Shown one piece after another: positions 12,201 through 22,684 of a DNA stretch of 64,000 bases (position 1 is its first letter; every line of letters starts with the position of its first letter). Under the pieces are notes generated by a model. It was not told where the DNA came from, did no database searches, and worked only from the letters and a program-made list of their open reading frames with translations. Source of the stretch: Pecten maximus (Eukaryota); assembly GCF_902652985.1 (NCBI RefSeq), contig NC_047026.1, positions 21,762,001 to 21,826,000 of the forward strand, written 5' to 3'. Position numbers and translations under genes: made by a program.

Positions 12201-15200
12201 TACAAGTCTGTCATTTCGAATTTGAATTGTGAATTTCTGTTACCATAATTCTGTGTGTTCGGAAGTTTTATGAAGTTATATCAACAGCTGACGTCATTTA
12301 AGTCTATCAGACACCAACAGGCCTTTCAGACCTTTTATTGTTATTGCTATCATTTTAAAAAAAAGTATCTTCTGACCAGATATTTGTTATCATACGTCAT
12401 ATGGCAATGTGTTTTACCATCTACATTTTTATTTCATCGTCTTGTTTTACTATTGCAAAACCTGTGTGATGAAATATATTTAAAAGTTGTCATTTTGCAA
12501 AACCTAATAGGATGAAATATGCTATGAAAAACAACCTATGATAATTTACAGCGAACACCTGATGTAGAGAGTAGCGGATCACATATTACTTACAGCGAAC
12601 ACCTGATGTAGAGGGTAGCGGATCACATATTACTTACAGAGAACACCTGATGTAGAGGGTAGCGGTCACACGTTACTTACAGCGAACACCTGATGTAGAG
12701 GGTAGCGGATCACATATTACTTACAGAGAACACCTGATGTAGAGGGTAGCGGTCACACGTTACTTACAGCGAACACCTGATGTAGAGAGTAGCGGATCAC
12801 ATATTACTTACAGCGAACACCTGATGTAGAGGGTAGCGGATCACATATTACTTACAGAGAACACCTGATGTAGAGGGTAGCGGATCACATATTACTTACA
12901 GCGAACACCTGATGTAGAGGGTAGCGGATCACATATTACTTACAGCGAACACCTGATGTAGAGGGTAGCGGATCACATATTACTTACAGCGAACACCTGA
13001 TGTAGAGGGTAGCGGTCACACGTTACTTACAGAGAACACCTGATGTAGAGGGTAGCGGTCACACGTTACTTACAGCGAACACCTGATGTAGAGAGTAGCG
13101 GATCACATATTACTTACAGCGAACACCTGATGTAGAGGGTAGCGGATCACATATTACTTACAGCGAACACCTGATGTAGAGGATAGCGGTCACACGTTAC
13201 TTACAGCGAACACCTGATGTAGAGGGTATCGGATCACACGTTACTTACAGCGAACACCTGATGTAGAGGGTAGCGGATCACACATTACTTACAGCGAACA
13301 CCTGATGTAGAGGATAGCGGTCACACGTTACTTACAGCGAACACCTGATGTAGAGGGTAGCGGATCACACATTACTTACAGTGAACACCTGATGTAGAGG
13401 GTATCGGATCACACATTACTTACAGCGAACACCTGATGTAGAGGGTAGCGGATCACATATTACTTACAGCAAACACCTGATGTAGAGGGAAGCGGATCAC
13501 ACGTTACTTATAGCGAACACCTGATGTAGAGGGAAGCGGATCACACGTTACTTATAGCGAACACCTGATGTAGAGAGTAGCGGATCACACGTTACTTACA
13601 GCGAACACCTGATGTAGAGGGTAGCGGATTACATGACAATGTCGTTTCCGTGTGTATACAGGTATCGGCATCTCCCTCTTAGCTAAATATAACGATAGTA
13701 TAAGGGCTATCGCACTTGTCCTGAAGGAAATGAAAGTATTTATCAATGACATTTATTTCACTGAAACGGTAATACTAACGTTTTCTTTGCGTCAAAATTC
13801 ATGAAATATAGATTAAATTTCTTTTAATATAGCTCACAATAATAACTTAATGTTTATATAGACTATGCCTATGATCTATAAACTATAATCATCCCAGTTT
13901 AGCCGTAGTACTACTAAATTCAGTTAGCCCCCGGTTTAATAAGTGTTTCTGTGACAAACCATTTCTATCACTAATTGATGGATATACATGTACTGTATTG
14001 ATATCCAGCAAATGTAACCGATAAAAACAATCTTCGAGTCACGTCAAATTGATGTGAGAAAGAAATATGATCCATCTGTTAAATATAACATTGGAACAAA
14101 ATATATTCCTGACTGTAATCAGAGATCTACTCACAGTAATGAAATGCCCCAGTGAACCTGTGCAAATTTAGTAATGGATTTCACCATGAAAATGCCGAAT
14201 AGAAGGATGGTCGGAACAATGGTTACAGGGCCAATAAACTTCAGCAAGACTCCAACCAATCCAGTAGCTCCTATCAGGAAGTGTATGGCTCCAGCAGCCA
14301 ATAGACTGCCTTGTAACTAATAGAAAATAAGTGGTAAGAATTTTTCTTGCACTGGTTTCATTAATAACAAAGAAAACGCGACTTTTTATCTTTGTTCAAA
14401 GTTTCGCATTTGAAAAGTAAATATATAAGTGATCGTTTGATCCCGTTTAATGTATTAATCCCCATCGTGCACATCTTCGCTAGCCAAGGCTTCTGATTAC
14501 GTTACACTCCACGAACCCTTGGCAGATATAGGCGTCAGTTCTGGCCCTCTAGCGGAGATTCGAAATTACCACCCTTTACACATGAAATTTTTTACCAACC
14601 AAAACGAACGTTACCGATTTACTTCATCGGTGATGTTTACAAACGCACATGGAGGCTTGTGTCATTTTGATGAGATATGTGATCAATGACTTCTATTAAT
14701 TGATCAATCACTGCGAATGTTTCCCAATGATTGTACGTCTCTGTATTTAGATACAATACCATGACATAGTCGACAATGTAGCTCTGCACTGGGCGCCGCA
14801 ATTGTTGTTTACTGTGAAACCAAGCCTAGATGTAAAACGCGATTTGATTGGGTGCCCTGGGATTCCAGGGCACGACGGTTTGAACACGACTATATCTGCC
14901 AAGGGTTCGTGGAGTGTAACGTAATCAGAAGCCTTGGCTAGCGAAGATGCATCGTGCATTGCTACATGTAAACAATAATAAAGGAAAGGAATTTGTACTT
15001 ATCAAATTATCTTGTATGTATTATGATATATGTTGTCATTTACCCCCTGTACAGCTTCCAGAATGATTTCTTCAGTACCCTCTTGGAATACCGTTTCTGT
15101 CACGTTTGTGATGTTGTTGAAAACTGAAAGAGAATGATAGTTCTAGATGAATGTTGTTACCGCCAATTTGACATGGAACATTAATATGTTATATACTTCT

Positions 15201-18200
15201 GTGCTATGTAGATCGGAACATGTATGTAATATGACGCATGCTATCATAGACCTGTAATCGCCTGAGTGTTTCTTAACAAATCAATGTTTAAATAAATGGC
15301 GTTAATGTCCCATAATACTCAATCTAAAAAAACTTATTATATATACTCGACTGCACCTGACTCGTTATGTTACCTGTAATCGGTCGTGTTTTATTATGTT
15401 ACCTGTAATTGGACTTGTATTATTACACCTGTCTTTGTCTAAATCAGCCATTGCCAGTAGTGGGGCGACATAATCTGGGGAGGCTCCCTGGTACAGCGGC
15501 AGTCTGTCGGGACAAATGTTTAATGTAAATTGTAACTCTCCAGACAATCATTTCAAACACATCTCTTTAATGTTTAGGACGGTAATATACAATGTGAACC
15601 AATAAGATTACTTTTTCAAGCAGTATTATAATTATTACCGTTTAACTTTAAAAACTAAACCCGTTAGTTGTTGAAAAAAAAGGAAAGCTGGTTATCTAAT
15701 CCCTTACCTTATTAGCGTTTTCACGAAGTCAAATGAAGTCACTGCGCTTAGTTACCTTATTCCTAACTTGCCAATATGATCATTAGTGACCCCGTCATTA
15801 CGTTACCTTATTCCCAATGCCACCATCATCAGAATAGTAATGACTTTATTTTTACCTTATTCCCAATACTACCATCATAGCGAGTCCATTCCTTCCTCGG
15901 ATACCAATATGTCCATAACCATTATATGGGTTCCGTAACGTTACATGTACCTCATTCCAAACAGACAATTATTATAAACATGACAATCTCGAAACGTTAC
16001 CATATTCCAAATAGACAATTATTATAAACATGAAAATCTCGAAATGTTACCATATTCCAAATAGACAATAACTGCTGTATTCCGACGTTACCTTATTCCA
16101 TATATCAAATAATCTCGGTATAGACAGCAAAGACAGAGTTCGGAAAATGGATACGGACATACAAATGTACATCACATAAATATGAATTGAGCAATCATGT
16201 TTATAATTCATCTTATAATTATTTTTTCAATATTGGCCTAGTTATTACGCCTCGGTCAGCCTTATTTGCCATCGGCCGTTATAATATTCCAAATGATACT
16301 ATAATAGTGAATCTGTAGTTTTTAGTGTAACCATGACAAAAACATTGTTTCCGTTACTTTACTTTATTTCAACTGTCACCATCAGAAGGGTAGGGATTTC
16401 GTTACTTTACCTTATTCACAGTGTCACCATCAGAAGGGTAGTATTATTGTTACTTTACCTTATTCCCAGTGTAACTACCAGAAGGTTAGTTGTTCCGTTA
16501 CTTTATTCCCAGTGTAACAATCAGAAGGGTCGTGTTGTCGTTATTTTACCTTATTCACAGTGTCACCAATCAGAAGGGTAGTATTATTGTTACTTTACCT
16601 TATTCCCAGTGTAACTACCAGAAGGTTAGTTGTTACTTTACCTTATTCCCAGTGTAACAATCAGAAGGGTCGTGTTGTCGTTATTTTACCTTATTTCCAG
16701 TGTAACCATCAGAAGGGTAGTGATTATATTACTTTACTTTATTCCCAGTGTTACCATCAGAAGGCCAGTGATTCCGCTACTTTACCTTATTCCTAACGTC
16801 ACCATCAGCAGAGTAGTGATGCCGTTCATAAACAGAGTTGAGCTTAGAAGTTTGGCCTTGAAGTCCTCGTTTTCCTCTGCACACACAACCTGAGCCACCA
16901 GTAGGGACACGGCCAGAGATGTAGACAAGGACAACAGGGCTTGCTGTAAAAGAGGCTTGATTACGCAATCATTAGAATATTTTAGAGGATATCACTTTGT
17001 ACTCATATCAAAGAAGTCAAAGCATCATGTAAGTCCCTGATATAGGATTACCAAGTAGTGTTCACGTATCCCAAAAGTAAAACTCATTGTACGACAGGAA
17101 TGTGTAGTAATAATTTACCCCATACATCTGTGAAAGGTTAAGGAGTGTGTCGAAATATTAAGATTTTACAAAAATCAGTATACCAATAAGGGGCGGAATG
17201 GGTAAACGTCGTACCCGTCACTCTGCCTACGTACTGTTTAAGATTGCATTTGGACGAAACTTGTTATACATAAATCGGTATTATCATATTGGCGTATACG
17301 AAGGCGTATTGTATTGTTAGTCAGTATCAAATTACATACTGCACTTTTTTTTTAATTTTTTTTTTTTAGTTTTTTAATTTTTTTATGATGTCATTTTTAC
17401 ACTTTAAGACCTGTGCATTATGGATTCAATTGTTATCTTTGAAATGTAAAACGTTGTCTTGCTGGTTAAGTTGGCCTCAATACTTTTGTTTATATGTAAT
17501 ACCGGTATGCCAAACGATTTCGTAATTTTTACTCAAAATCGATAAAAGAGTACAAACTTGACGCCCGCTTCATCGAGGCACTTATTTTTATCTTCTAAAA
17601 GATATTTATTGAATTATCAGACAAAGAAGCTTTTATATTATCTCCTTTGACACTTCAATAAAGAAGTAGACATTTTCTATGTTAAAGTTTAAAAAAATGT
17701 CTTTTCTTTACATTTAATTATTTTTATACGTTATATTGCAAAAATGCATTTACGATGTGTAGTGACGAGTCTGATGTATGTACACAACTAGGAAGTGCTT
17801 CCGTTATAGTGCAATTGTACTGAAGCATACTGCCGTATCTTAAAAAAAATCCAAACTAACATTACTTTGGATTCCGAGCCATGTCGGAATTAAAGGCAAC
17901 GAACTTGTTGACCGCCAAGCAAAACATGCTTTAAATCTGCAACAAACAAATATCAAAATACCATATACAGATTTCAAAACTGTAATTAGTTCTGCCATCA
18001 AGAATAAATGGCAGCTACGCTGGTCTCTCGAGACGAGCAACAAACTTTTTAAAGTACAACCCGAAACTTAAAACATCAACACCAAGTCGGAAGGATCGTA
18101 GAGAGGAAATAGTCCTCTCTCGGCTCCGTACCGGGCACACATATCCTACTCATTCGTTCCTTTTAAAACGAGAAGATCAATATGTTATGCATGTGATGCT

Positions 18201-19157
18201 CAATTCACAGTGGAGCATTCTTTTAATAGAATGTTCCGATTTCAAGCACATTCGTGATGAATACTTTCGAGTCCCGGATATGAAAACCCTTTTCAGTTCC
18301 GTGGATTCGAAAACAATATTTAGCTACTTGAAAGACATCGATCTATTCTATAGACTTTGATATCTTTTACGTTACTCTCTTTGACGTTTTATTTATATAA
18401 CAAAGTTCACATAATCTGTTCGTATATATATGCATATTTTACCTTTTTTAACCAACTTTTTTTATCATAATGATCTAAATATACAATTCGAATGCTTTTA
18501 AAAAATGACCAATTGTATCTGTTTTTAAAGTTAAAAATAAAAACGATAGTATATTGTTTGGCCCTCAATGACCCTAGTTGTCGATGGGCCGTAAAACATA
18601 AACAAACAAACAATACTGCCGAAGACACTCAGCAGGACACCTTACCCGAACCAGACGTCAACTTCTCAAAATACTGTGTACTAAGCTGGAGTGGCAACTA
18701 CTGTTAGATACTCTGATATGTCTCGGCCAGGGGACAGGACCCAAGCCATCTTTATGGACGAACACTCATATAAAGGCCAACAGTGAGGCAATGGTCAAAT
18801 GAATTAAGATCCAACATTTAGTCGCCTCTTACGTGTAATGCAAAAGTACAATCCTATAGGGCACTTAAACCAAAACAAAGTGTAATGCAACGTAGCCACT
18901 GATGATTTCATGATTTATAAAACATTTCAATAAATTGTTTCTCTGAAAACGACACGTACCTGTAAGGCAAAGAGAACGGTGAGATGTATGGGAACTGGGT
19001 CACATATTTTATATAAGAGTCGATTCTCCTTTTCTACAATTGTTGTCACGTCAGTTGCATTGGTGATATTAATGGCAGGAAATAAGTCATCGTTTTCGTC
19101 ATCACGGCTATATTTGCTACTTGACAACGACAACGTCCGTTTTTCAGTATTGTCCAT
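6098..19157 (-). CDS. SLC23A1/2-like: SLC23/NAT-family nucleobase-ascorbate transporter, 11 coding exons: join(complement 18960-19157, 16786-16943, 15403-15503, 15044-15123, 14135-14316, 13600-13720, 9654-9810, 8218-8471, 7162-7435, 6579-6674, 6098-6276); 599 aa
   Basis: All introns are GT-AG with consistent phases; exon lengths sum to 1800 nt. Family motifs: LLYKICDPVP..LFALQ|Q, GIRLPLYQG, LQGSL, FIGPVTIVP, WFYFPYPGQFG, DSISDYYACA, VNRGIAIEG, NAT signature GNVGVIGLTRVGSR, GVVLSNL..VDLSSTRN, LDNTIPGTREERG, C-terminal LRFLPFMP. Orthology to vertebrate A1 versus A2 cannot be resolved by eye. Confidence 0.93.
6579..6674 (-). CDS. SLC23 coding exon 10 (GSRDADDVIMMLLGNPNLAGGVLACFLDNTIP)
   Basis: ctttag| acceptor, CAG|GTAGGC donor; LDNTIP motif. 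Confidence 0.9.
7162..7435 (-). CDS. SLC23 coding exon 9 (VGSRYVF...VDLSSTRN...INT)
   Basis: Within ORF 7136..7465; tttcag| acceptor. Confidence 0.92.
7540..7640. repeat. Short degenerate ~20-bp tandem repeat (TCTCGTAATTACGAC core)
   Basis: 4-5 copies containing the palindrome TCGTAATTACGA. Confidence 0.7.
7735..8235 (-). repeat. 51/54-bp minisatellite built from the SLC23 exon-8 end plus donor site
   Basis: Unit (minus) ATAGGTCTGACAAGG|GTATGTACAGTAAACTTAAAACAGTGTTAATAGACGTC. Confidence 0.93.
8218..8471 (-). CDS. SLC23 coding exon 8 (GQFG...DSISDYYACA...NRGIAIEG...GGNVGVIGLTR; NAT signature)
   Basis: Within ORF 8188..8598; AGG|GTATGT donor. Confidence 0.93.
9654..9810 (-). CDS. SLC23 coding exon 7 (ILIALVTGWLLCGILTASG...RTD...WFYFPYP)
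   Basis: Within ORF 9544..9927; GT-AG boundaries. Confidence 0.9.
12546..13630 (-). repeat. 43/44-bp minisatellite (~25 copies) built from the SLC23 exon-6 end plus donor site
   Basis: Unit (minus) ATCCGCTACCCTCTACATCAGGTGTTCGCT|GTAAGTAA(C/T)(G/A)TGTG. Confidence 0.96.
13600..13720 (-). CDS. SLC23 coding exon 6 (TSAIALILSLYL...IRYPLHQVFA)
   Basis: tttccttcag| acceptor, GCT|GTAAGT donor. Confidence 0.88.
14135..14316 (-). CDS. SLC23 coding exon 5 (LQGSLLAAGAIHFLIGATGLVGVLLKFIGPVTIVP...QVHWGISLL)
   Basis: Conserved LQGSL and FIGPVTIVP; GTGAGT donor. Confidence 0.9.
14472..14949. mobile_element. MITE copy 2 with CATC...GATG ends and 9-bp TSD CATCGTGCA (Mutator-like TSD length), in SLC23 intron 4
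   Basis: TSD at 14463-14471 and 14950-14958; ~55-bp TIRs. Confidence 0.92.
15044..15123 (-). CDS. SLC23 coding exon 4 (VFNNITNVTETVFQEGTEEIILEAVQG; extracellular loop with N-glycosylation sequons)
   Basis: ctttcag| acceptor, GGG|GTAAAT donor; phase bridges exons 3 and 5. Confidence 0.8.
15403..15503 (-). CDS. SLC23 coding exon 3 (RLPLYQGASPDYVAPLLAMADLDKDRC...)
   Basis: Within ORF 15365..15547; gacag| acceptor, CAG|GTAAC donor. Confidence 0.88.
15700..16790 (-). repeat. ~51-bp diverged tandem array built from the SLC23 exon-2 end plus donor; best preserved 16330-16790, decayed 15700-16100
   Basis: Recurrent TTACCTTATTCC (minus: GGAATAAG|GTAA) at ~50-bp spacing. Confidence 0.88.
16786..16943 (-). 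CDS. SLC23 coding exon 2 (QALLSLSTSLAVSLLVAQVVCAEENEDFKAKLLSSTLFMNGITTLLMVTLGIR)
   Basis: ttttacag| acceptor, AG|GTAAAG donor; manual translation of the minus strand. Confidence 0.9.
17790..18835 (-). mobile_element. Decayed mollusc-type SINE split by the LINE insertion
   Basis: Flanks join to TTATAGTGC..ACTGAAGCATACTGCCGAAGACAC...TATGTCTCGGCCAGGG, resembling the reverse complement of bivalve tRNA-SINEs (recalled, not searched). Confidence 0.45.
17836..18612 (+). mobile_element. 5'-truncated I-group (Nimb/I-like) LINE, RNase H C-terminus and zinc-knuckle region, decayed; 9-bp TSD ATACTGCCG
   Basis: Translates to WIPSHVGIKGNELVDRQAK...SRLRTGHT...C..C...TVEH; 3' stem-loop GGCCC...GGGCC and (AAAC)n tail; TSD at 17827-17835 and 18613-18621. 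Confidence 0.85.
18960..19157 (-). CDS. SLC23 coding exon 1 (MDNTEK...LFALQ); exon acceptor upstream at 19173-19174
   Basis: ORF 18927..19157; donor CAG|GTACGT at 18959; acceptor ttttcag just 5' of the ATG implies an upstream UTR exon. Confidence 0.85.
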
Positions 19158-19790
19158 TTTCCCTTTTCGATACTGAAAAGATATGTGATTTTCATGTGTA
19201 CAGAAAGAAAATATGATGTTGGATATTTCATTAAAAATACACGCAGTCTATATCATTATGTAAACAAAGAGATAAATAAGATGCTTGAATAATACAATCA
19301 CATACGAAAATTGTTCTTTACCTCATCTACACAAAGTATTTTTTTATTCTGATTTAGTTCTTATCCAAATTTCTTTACTAATATCAAAAAAACTCATCAT
19401 ATATATTTTAAATCATTTGAAAATAATACTCGAACAATTACAACAAATTATCTCAGCAAAATAATGCATGAGTTGTAACAAACGTTTCTGTTTAAGTTGT
19501 TTTCAAAAAAAGAAATCAAATAAAAAAAATGATGAAATTCTGGTCCGTTTCATAATTTCAAAGACAAAATACAACCTTTAAAGATATTGAACAACAGTAA
19601 TGAATTATGAAAAATTAGATATTTTGACATTAATTGATTTCATTCAAATACTACAAAAAATATATATAAATAACCAAACAATATATAAAACAATCGTGTC
19701 TATAAAAATGACAGCATGATGTCCTAATATAAGACTACGATATCTAATAATAAGACATTTGACAATAATCGTTTTCATTCAAATACTTAC

Positions 19791-20085
19791 AGTGAATTAA
19801 AAAATAAACGGTAACAAAATGTTAAACCGGCGGTAAATTATTTAAGGATTTAGATAATCAACCATTGCAGTGACACGGGTGAAAGATTCGATTTATAACA
19901 AAGATAACGTTTAAAAGAAAGTACGAAATGTGTTGGATTTTTTGGGTTTTTTTTTTTCTATGAGACTGGCTTATTTCGACTCCAATGGTTAGTGTTCTAC
20001 CACCAAAGTAATCGTGTGACGTCATCAAGACGTCATTTATTTATAACGTCATCATAGAGTTATTACACGTTTCTTACAGATAAAT
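19791..20085 (-). promoter_or_regulatory. Candidate 5'-UTR exon and promoter of the SLC23 gene
   Basis: GTAAGT donor at 19785-19790; full CRE TGACGTCA at 20017-20024 with nearby half-sites; several AGATAA motifs. Confidence 0.35.
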
Positions 20086-20247
20086 TGGAGTATAATCAAT
20101 TATTTACCATAGTATATCATGCCGTACATGTACAAGTAAAATAGTGTGTCGAATAATTGAATACTACACCGTAAATTCGCATTTGGCTATTGTATTCATA
20201 AACATATACATTAGACATGGTATGTGCTAAACAGCTAAACTGCTGAC

Positions 20248-20486
20248 AGTAGTCTAGGACATACGTATGGGTCATTTTTTCCCCTATATGTCTTTGCATG
20301 GCCGCCATCTTGATTGTGGAGGGAAACCGGAAGTGTAATCAATTGGACCTTTAAATAGTTAACAATGAAAAACCCCATTGTGTCAATATTAGTTTGGTTA
20401 TAACAATCGATTAAAGGTTTATTAGGATATTAGTTCAAAGGGTCGTAGACCCTTTATTATGAAGTACACCTGTTCAAGATGACACA
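20248..20486 (+). repeat. Polinton left TIR (~240 bp)
   Basis: Reverse complement of 29289-29549 apart from a few substitutions and one ~22-bp indel. Confidence 0.93.
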
Positions 20487-21549
20487 CTCAATTTGACCTT
20501 TAAATAGTTTACAGTGGAAAATCCCATTGTGTCAATCGATATTTTTTTTTGTCGTTTGTTGTATTTAAATCCTTTGTTATGTTTGGCTGGAATCACATCC
20601 CTAGTAGGGTTATGACTGCTCTATTTTAAATATATGACAAGGTGTGATGTCATGGTAACATAACATTACAAGTAACAATTAACCAATCATATTAATGTAC
20701 GTGTATACACAGTTTTTGTACCGATTGCGCAGACCATAAGTGAGCAATGCTACAACACGTCAGAAGACAAGGTGTATGTCATGGCAACATAACATTACAA
20801 ATAAAACAAACCAATTGTATTAATGATAATTACGGATTTCTCAAACCATACACTAATAAAGACTATTAATGCCACGAAACAAACACTTCTTTTTTATGTT
20901 AGCTGCGAATTTAAGGTGGAAGAAGTTCAACAGAAACGTACCTTCAAGGTAACTATCAATATAATTATCATATTTTTGTTATGTATAAATGCATTTAGAA
21001 AACATAGAAAATATATTTTTGTTTGCAAGGGGATACAATGTATGTACATGTTTTTAATTTTGTACCGAGAAATTGAAATATTTTTGTCTATACGCCCGAG
21101 TACATTTGTAAACAAGAACAGACTTGCGGACAATGGACGGGATTGCTACAGTAAACTATTAATATATTGTACGTTAATTTTTACCTAGACTGGCCACCAG
21201 ACCAGTTGTTTTGTTAAGAATTACCAAGCTAAATTCTAATACTAGATTATCTGCCCCTAGTTTGAAATCTAGAATCAGACATATCCTAGGGATCAAAACC
21301 ATAAAGCTCAATTTTATTTATAATTTTAATATTCTAGAGACAGGGGGCCAGTCTAATGTTTACCGGACTGTCCAAATTTATTTATTCATGCATATCTTTT
21401 ACCATCAAAGATGTAAGATAAAAAAAACAAAAAACAAAAAACAAAATACCAAATGTATGTACAATGATTTATTTACAAAATCGTATTAAATTTCATAGAC
21501 ATTAGCAATAAAAAATGTCAGAAAACTATACACTAAGAATATTATATAA

Positions 21550-22635
21550 TTATGCATCAACAGCATCATTTGCATTTATCCAGGATGAAAACTTAATTGG
21601 CCAGTGAAGCCATTTTACATACAGCTGTTTATTTCGCCCTTTACCTCTTGTTTTTAAAACTTTTTCAATTTTCCACATGTCATCGTCTCTAAGATCCACT
21701 TTCTGCAGTTCTGATTGATAAAAAGAACCCGTGATTTCAACATCATTGTAGTCTTTCAATCGGTAAATTGGCACAGATTGCCTCCAGAACCGTTTTGCTA
21801 TAGTAAATATTTCACCAGTCCATCTTTCATCATACTCGCGGGTAAATATGTTTCTCAAATATGTAATGCGCACGCTGTCACCGACGTTAAATCTGAATCT
21901 CATCTTCTTGTTGGGAATTGTGTTTTTTGTATGCCTGGACAAATATGTATCCAGTCTCACAGTTTCAGCGTTGTCCACTGTCACATCAGCTGGCGCAATG
22001 TCGATGGTGTTATGTATCGTTTGGTTATAACCGTCCACAAAACTCTGCAGTTGGTCAATGTAACGATACGATTGTTTGTACGTAAAGTATCTGTACAATT
22101 TTGTCTTAACGGTTTTCAGTACGCGCTCGCTAACGGCGGCCTTGACCTCTGATTGTGCATACATGTGCCTAATGTCTCGCGTGCGAAACAGGGACTGAAC
22201 AACTTTTGCTCTAAATTCTTGACCCTTGTCCGTCCTGATCCTACTTGGATGTCTCCCTTGGGTGAATATATCTTTAAATGCAATGGCCACTGAGTCACCT
22301 CTCAACCATAGAAATTTCGAGAACACATCGATGACAACCAAAACGTAGGAAAATTCGTCGTTGTATTTTGAAAACTTGACCATGTCGATGAGGTCAGCCG
22401 ACCACTGGTCATCTATTCCTGCGACGTTGATGTGACTTCTGTTCGCTGGTTTCCTGTTTGGTCGTTGTAAGCTGTATGCCTCGTGTCGCTGGAGCCATTT
22501 CCTTGTCTTGTATTTACTGATGTTGAATTTCCCTTCCTTTTTGACAAATCGATACACTTTGTCGGGTCCTGATAGACTTGCCGGTTTCGAGGGATTAAAG
22601 TAAATATCCCTCAGATAATCCTCCCAGGCAGCCAT
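21550..22635 (-). CDS. Polinton c-integrase (rve, DDE) with C-terminal chromodomain, 361 aa
   Basis: WSADLIDM (D), IDVFSK, IRTDKGQEF (D), AVSERVLKT (E), YNQTIH, WTGEIF, GSFYQSELQ, chromodomain IEKVLKTR...YVKWLHWP...SW. Probably a ~6-codon in-frame deletion at WLR^GDSV (inferred from family pattern). Confidence 0.93.
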   Translation of the reverse strand: MAAWEDYLRDIYFNPSKPASLSGPDKVYRFVKKEGKFNISKYKTRKWLQRHEAYSLQRPNRKPANRSHINVAGIDDQWSADLIDMVKFSKYNDEFSYVLVVIDVFSKFLWLRGDSVAIAFKDIFTQGRHPSRIRTDKGQEFRAKVVQSLFRTRDIRHMYAQSEVKAAVSERVLKTVKTKLYRYFTYKQSYRYIDQLQSFVDGYNQTIHNTIDIAPADVTVDNAETVRLDTYLSRHTKNTIPNKKMRFRFNVGDSVRITYLRNIFTREYDERWTGEIFTIAKRFWRQSVPIYRLKDYNDVEITGSFYQSELQKVDLRDDDMWKIEKVLKTRGKGRNKQLYVKWLHWPIKFSSWINANDAVDA

Positions 22636-22684
22636 GGTGTGTACCTTCCAAACTTATGATAGAATGCGTGCTTTTGCATAACTT

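Noticed and set aside
12546-13630. CRISPR-like appearance of regular 32-44-bp repeats (also 4432-4819 and 29718-50490)
   Set aside because: Head-to-tail units with no unique spacers, no cas genes, and a eukaryotic intron-containing context.
20823-21489. ORFs of 121 and 92 aa as candidate Polinton capsid or accessory genes
   Set aside because: Low-complexity AT-rich translations with no recognisable motifs, too short for capsid proteins; more likely the integrase 3' UTR and subterminal region.
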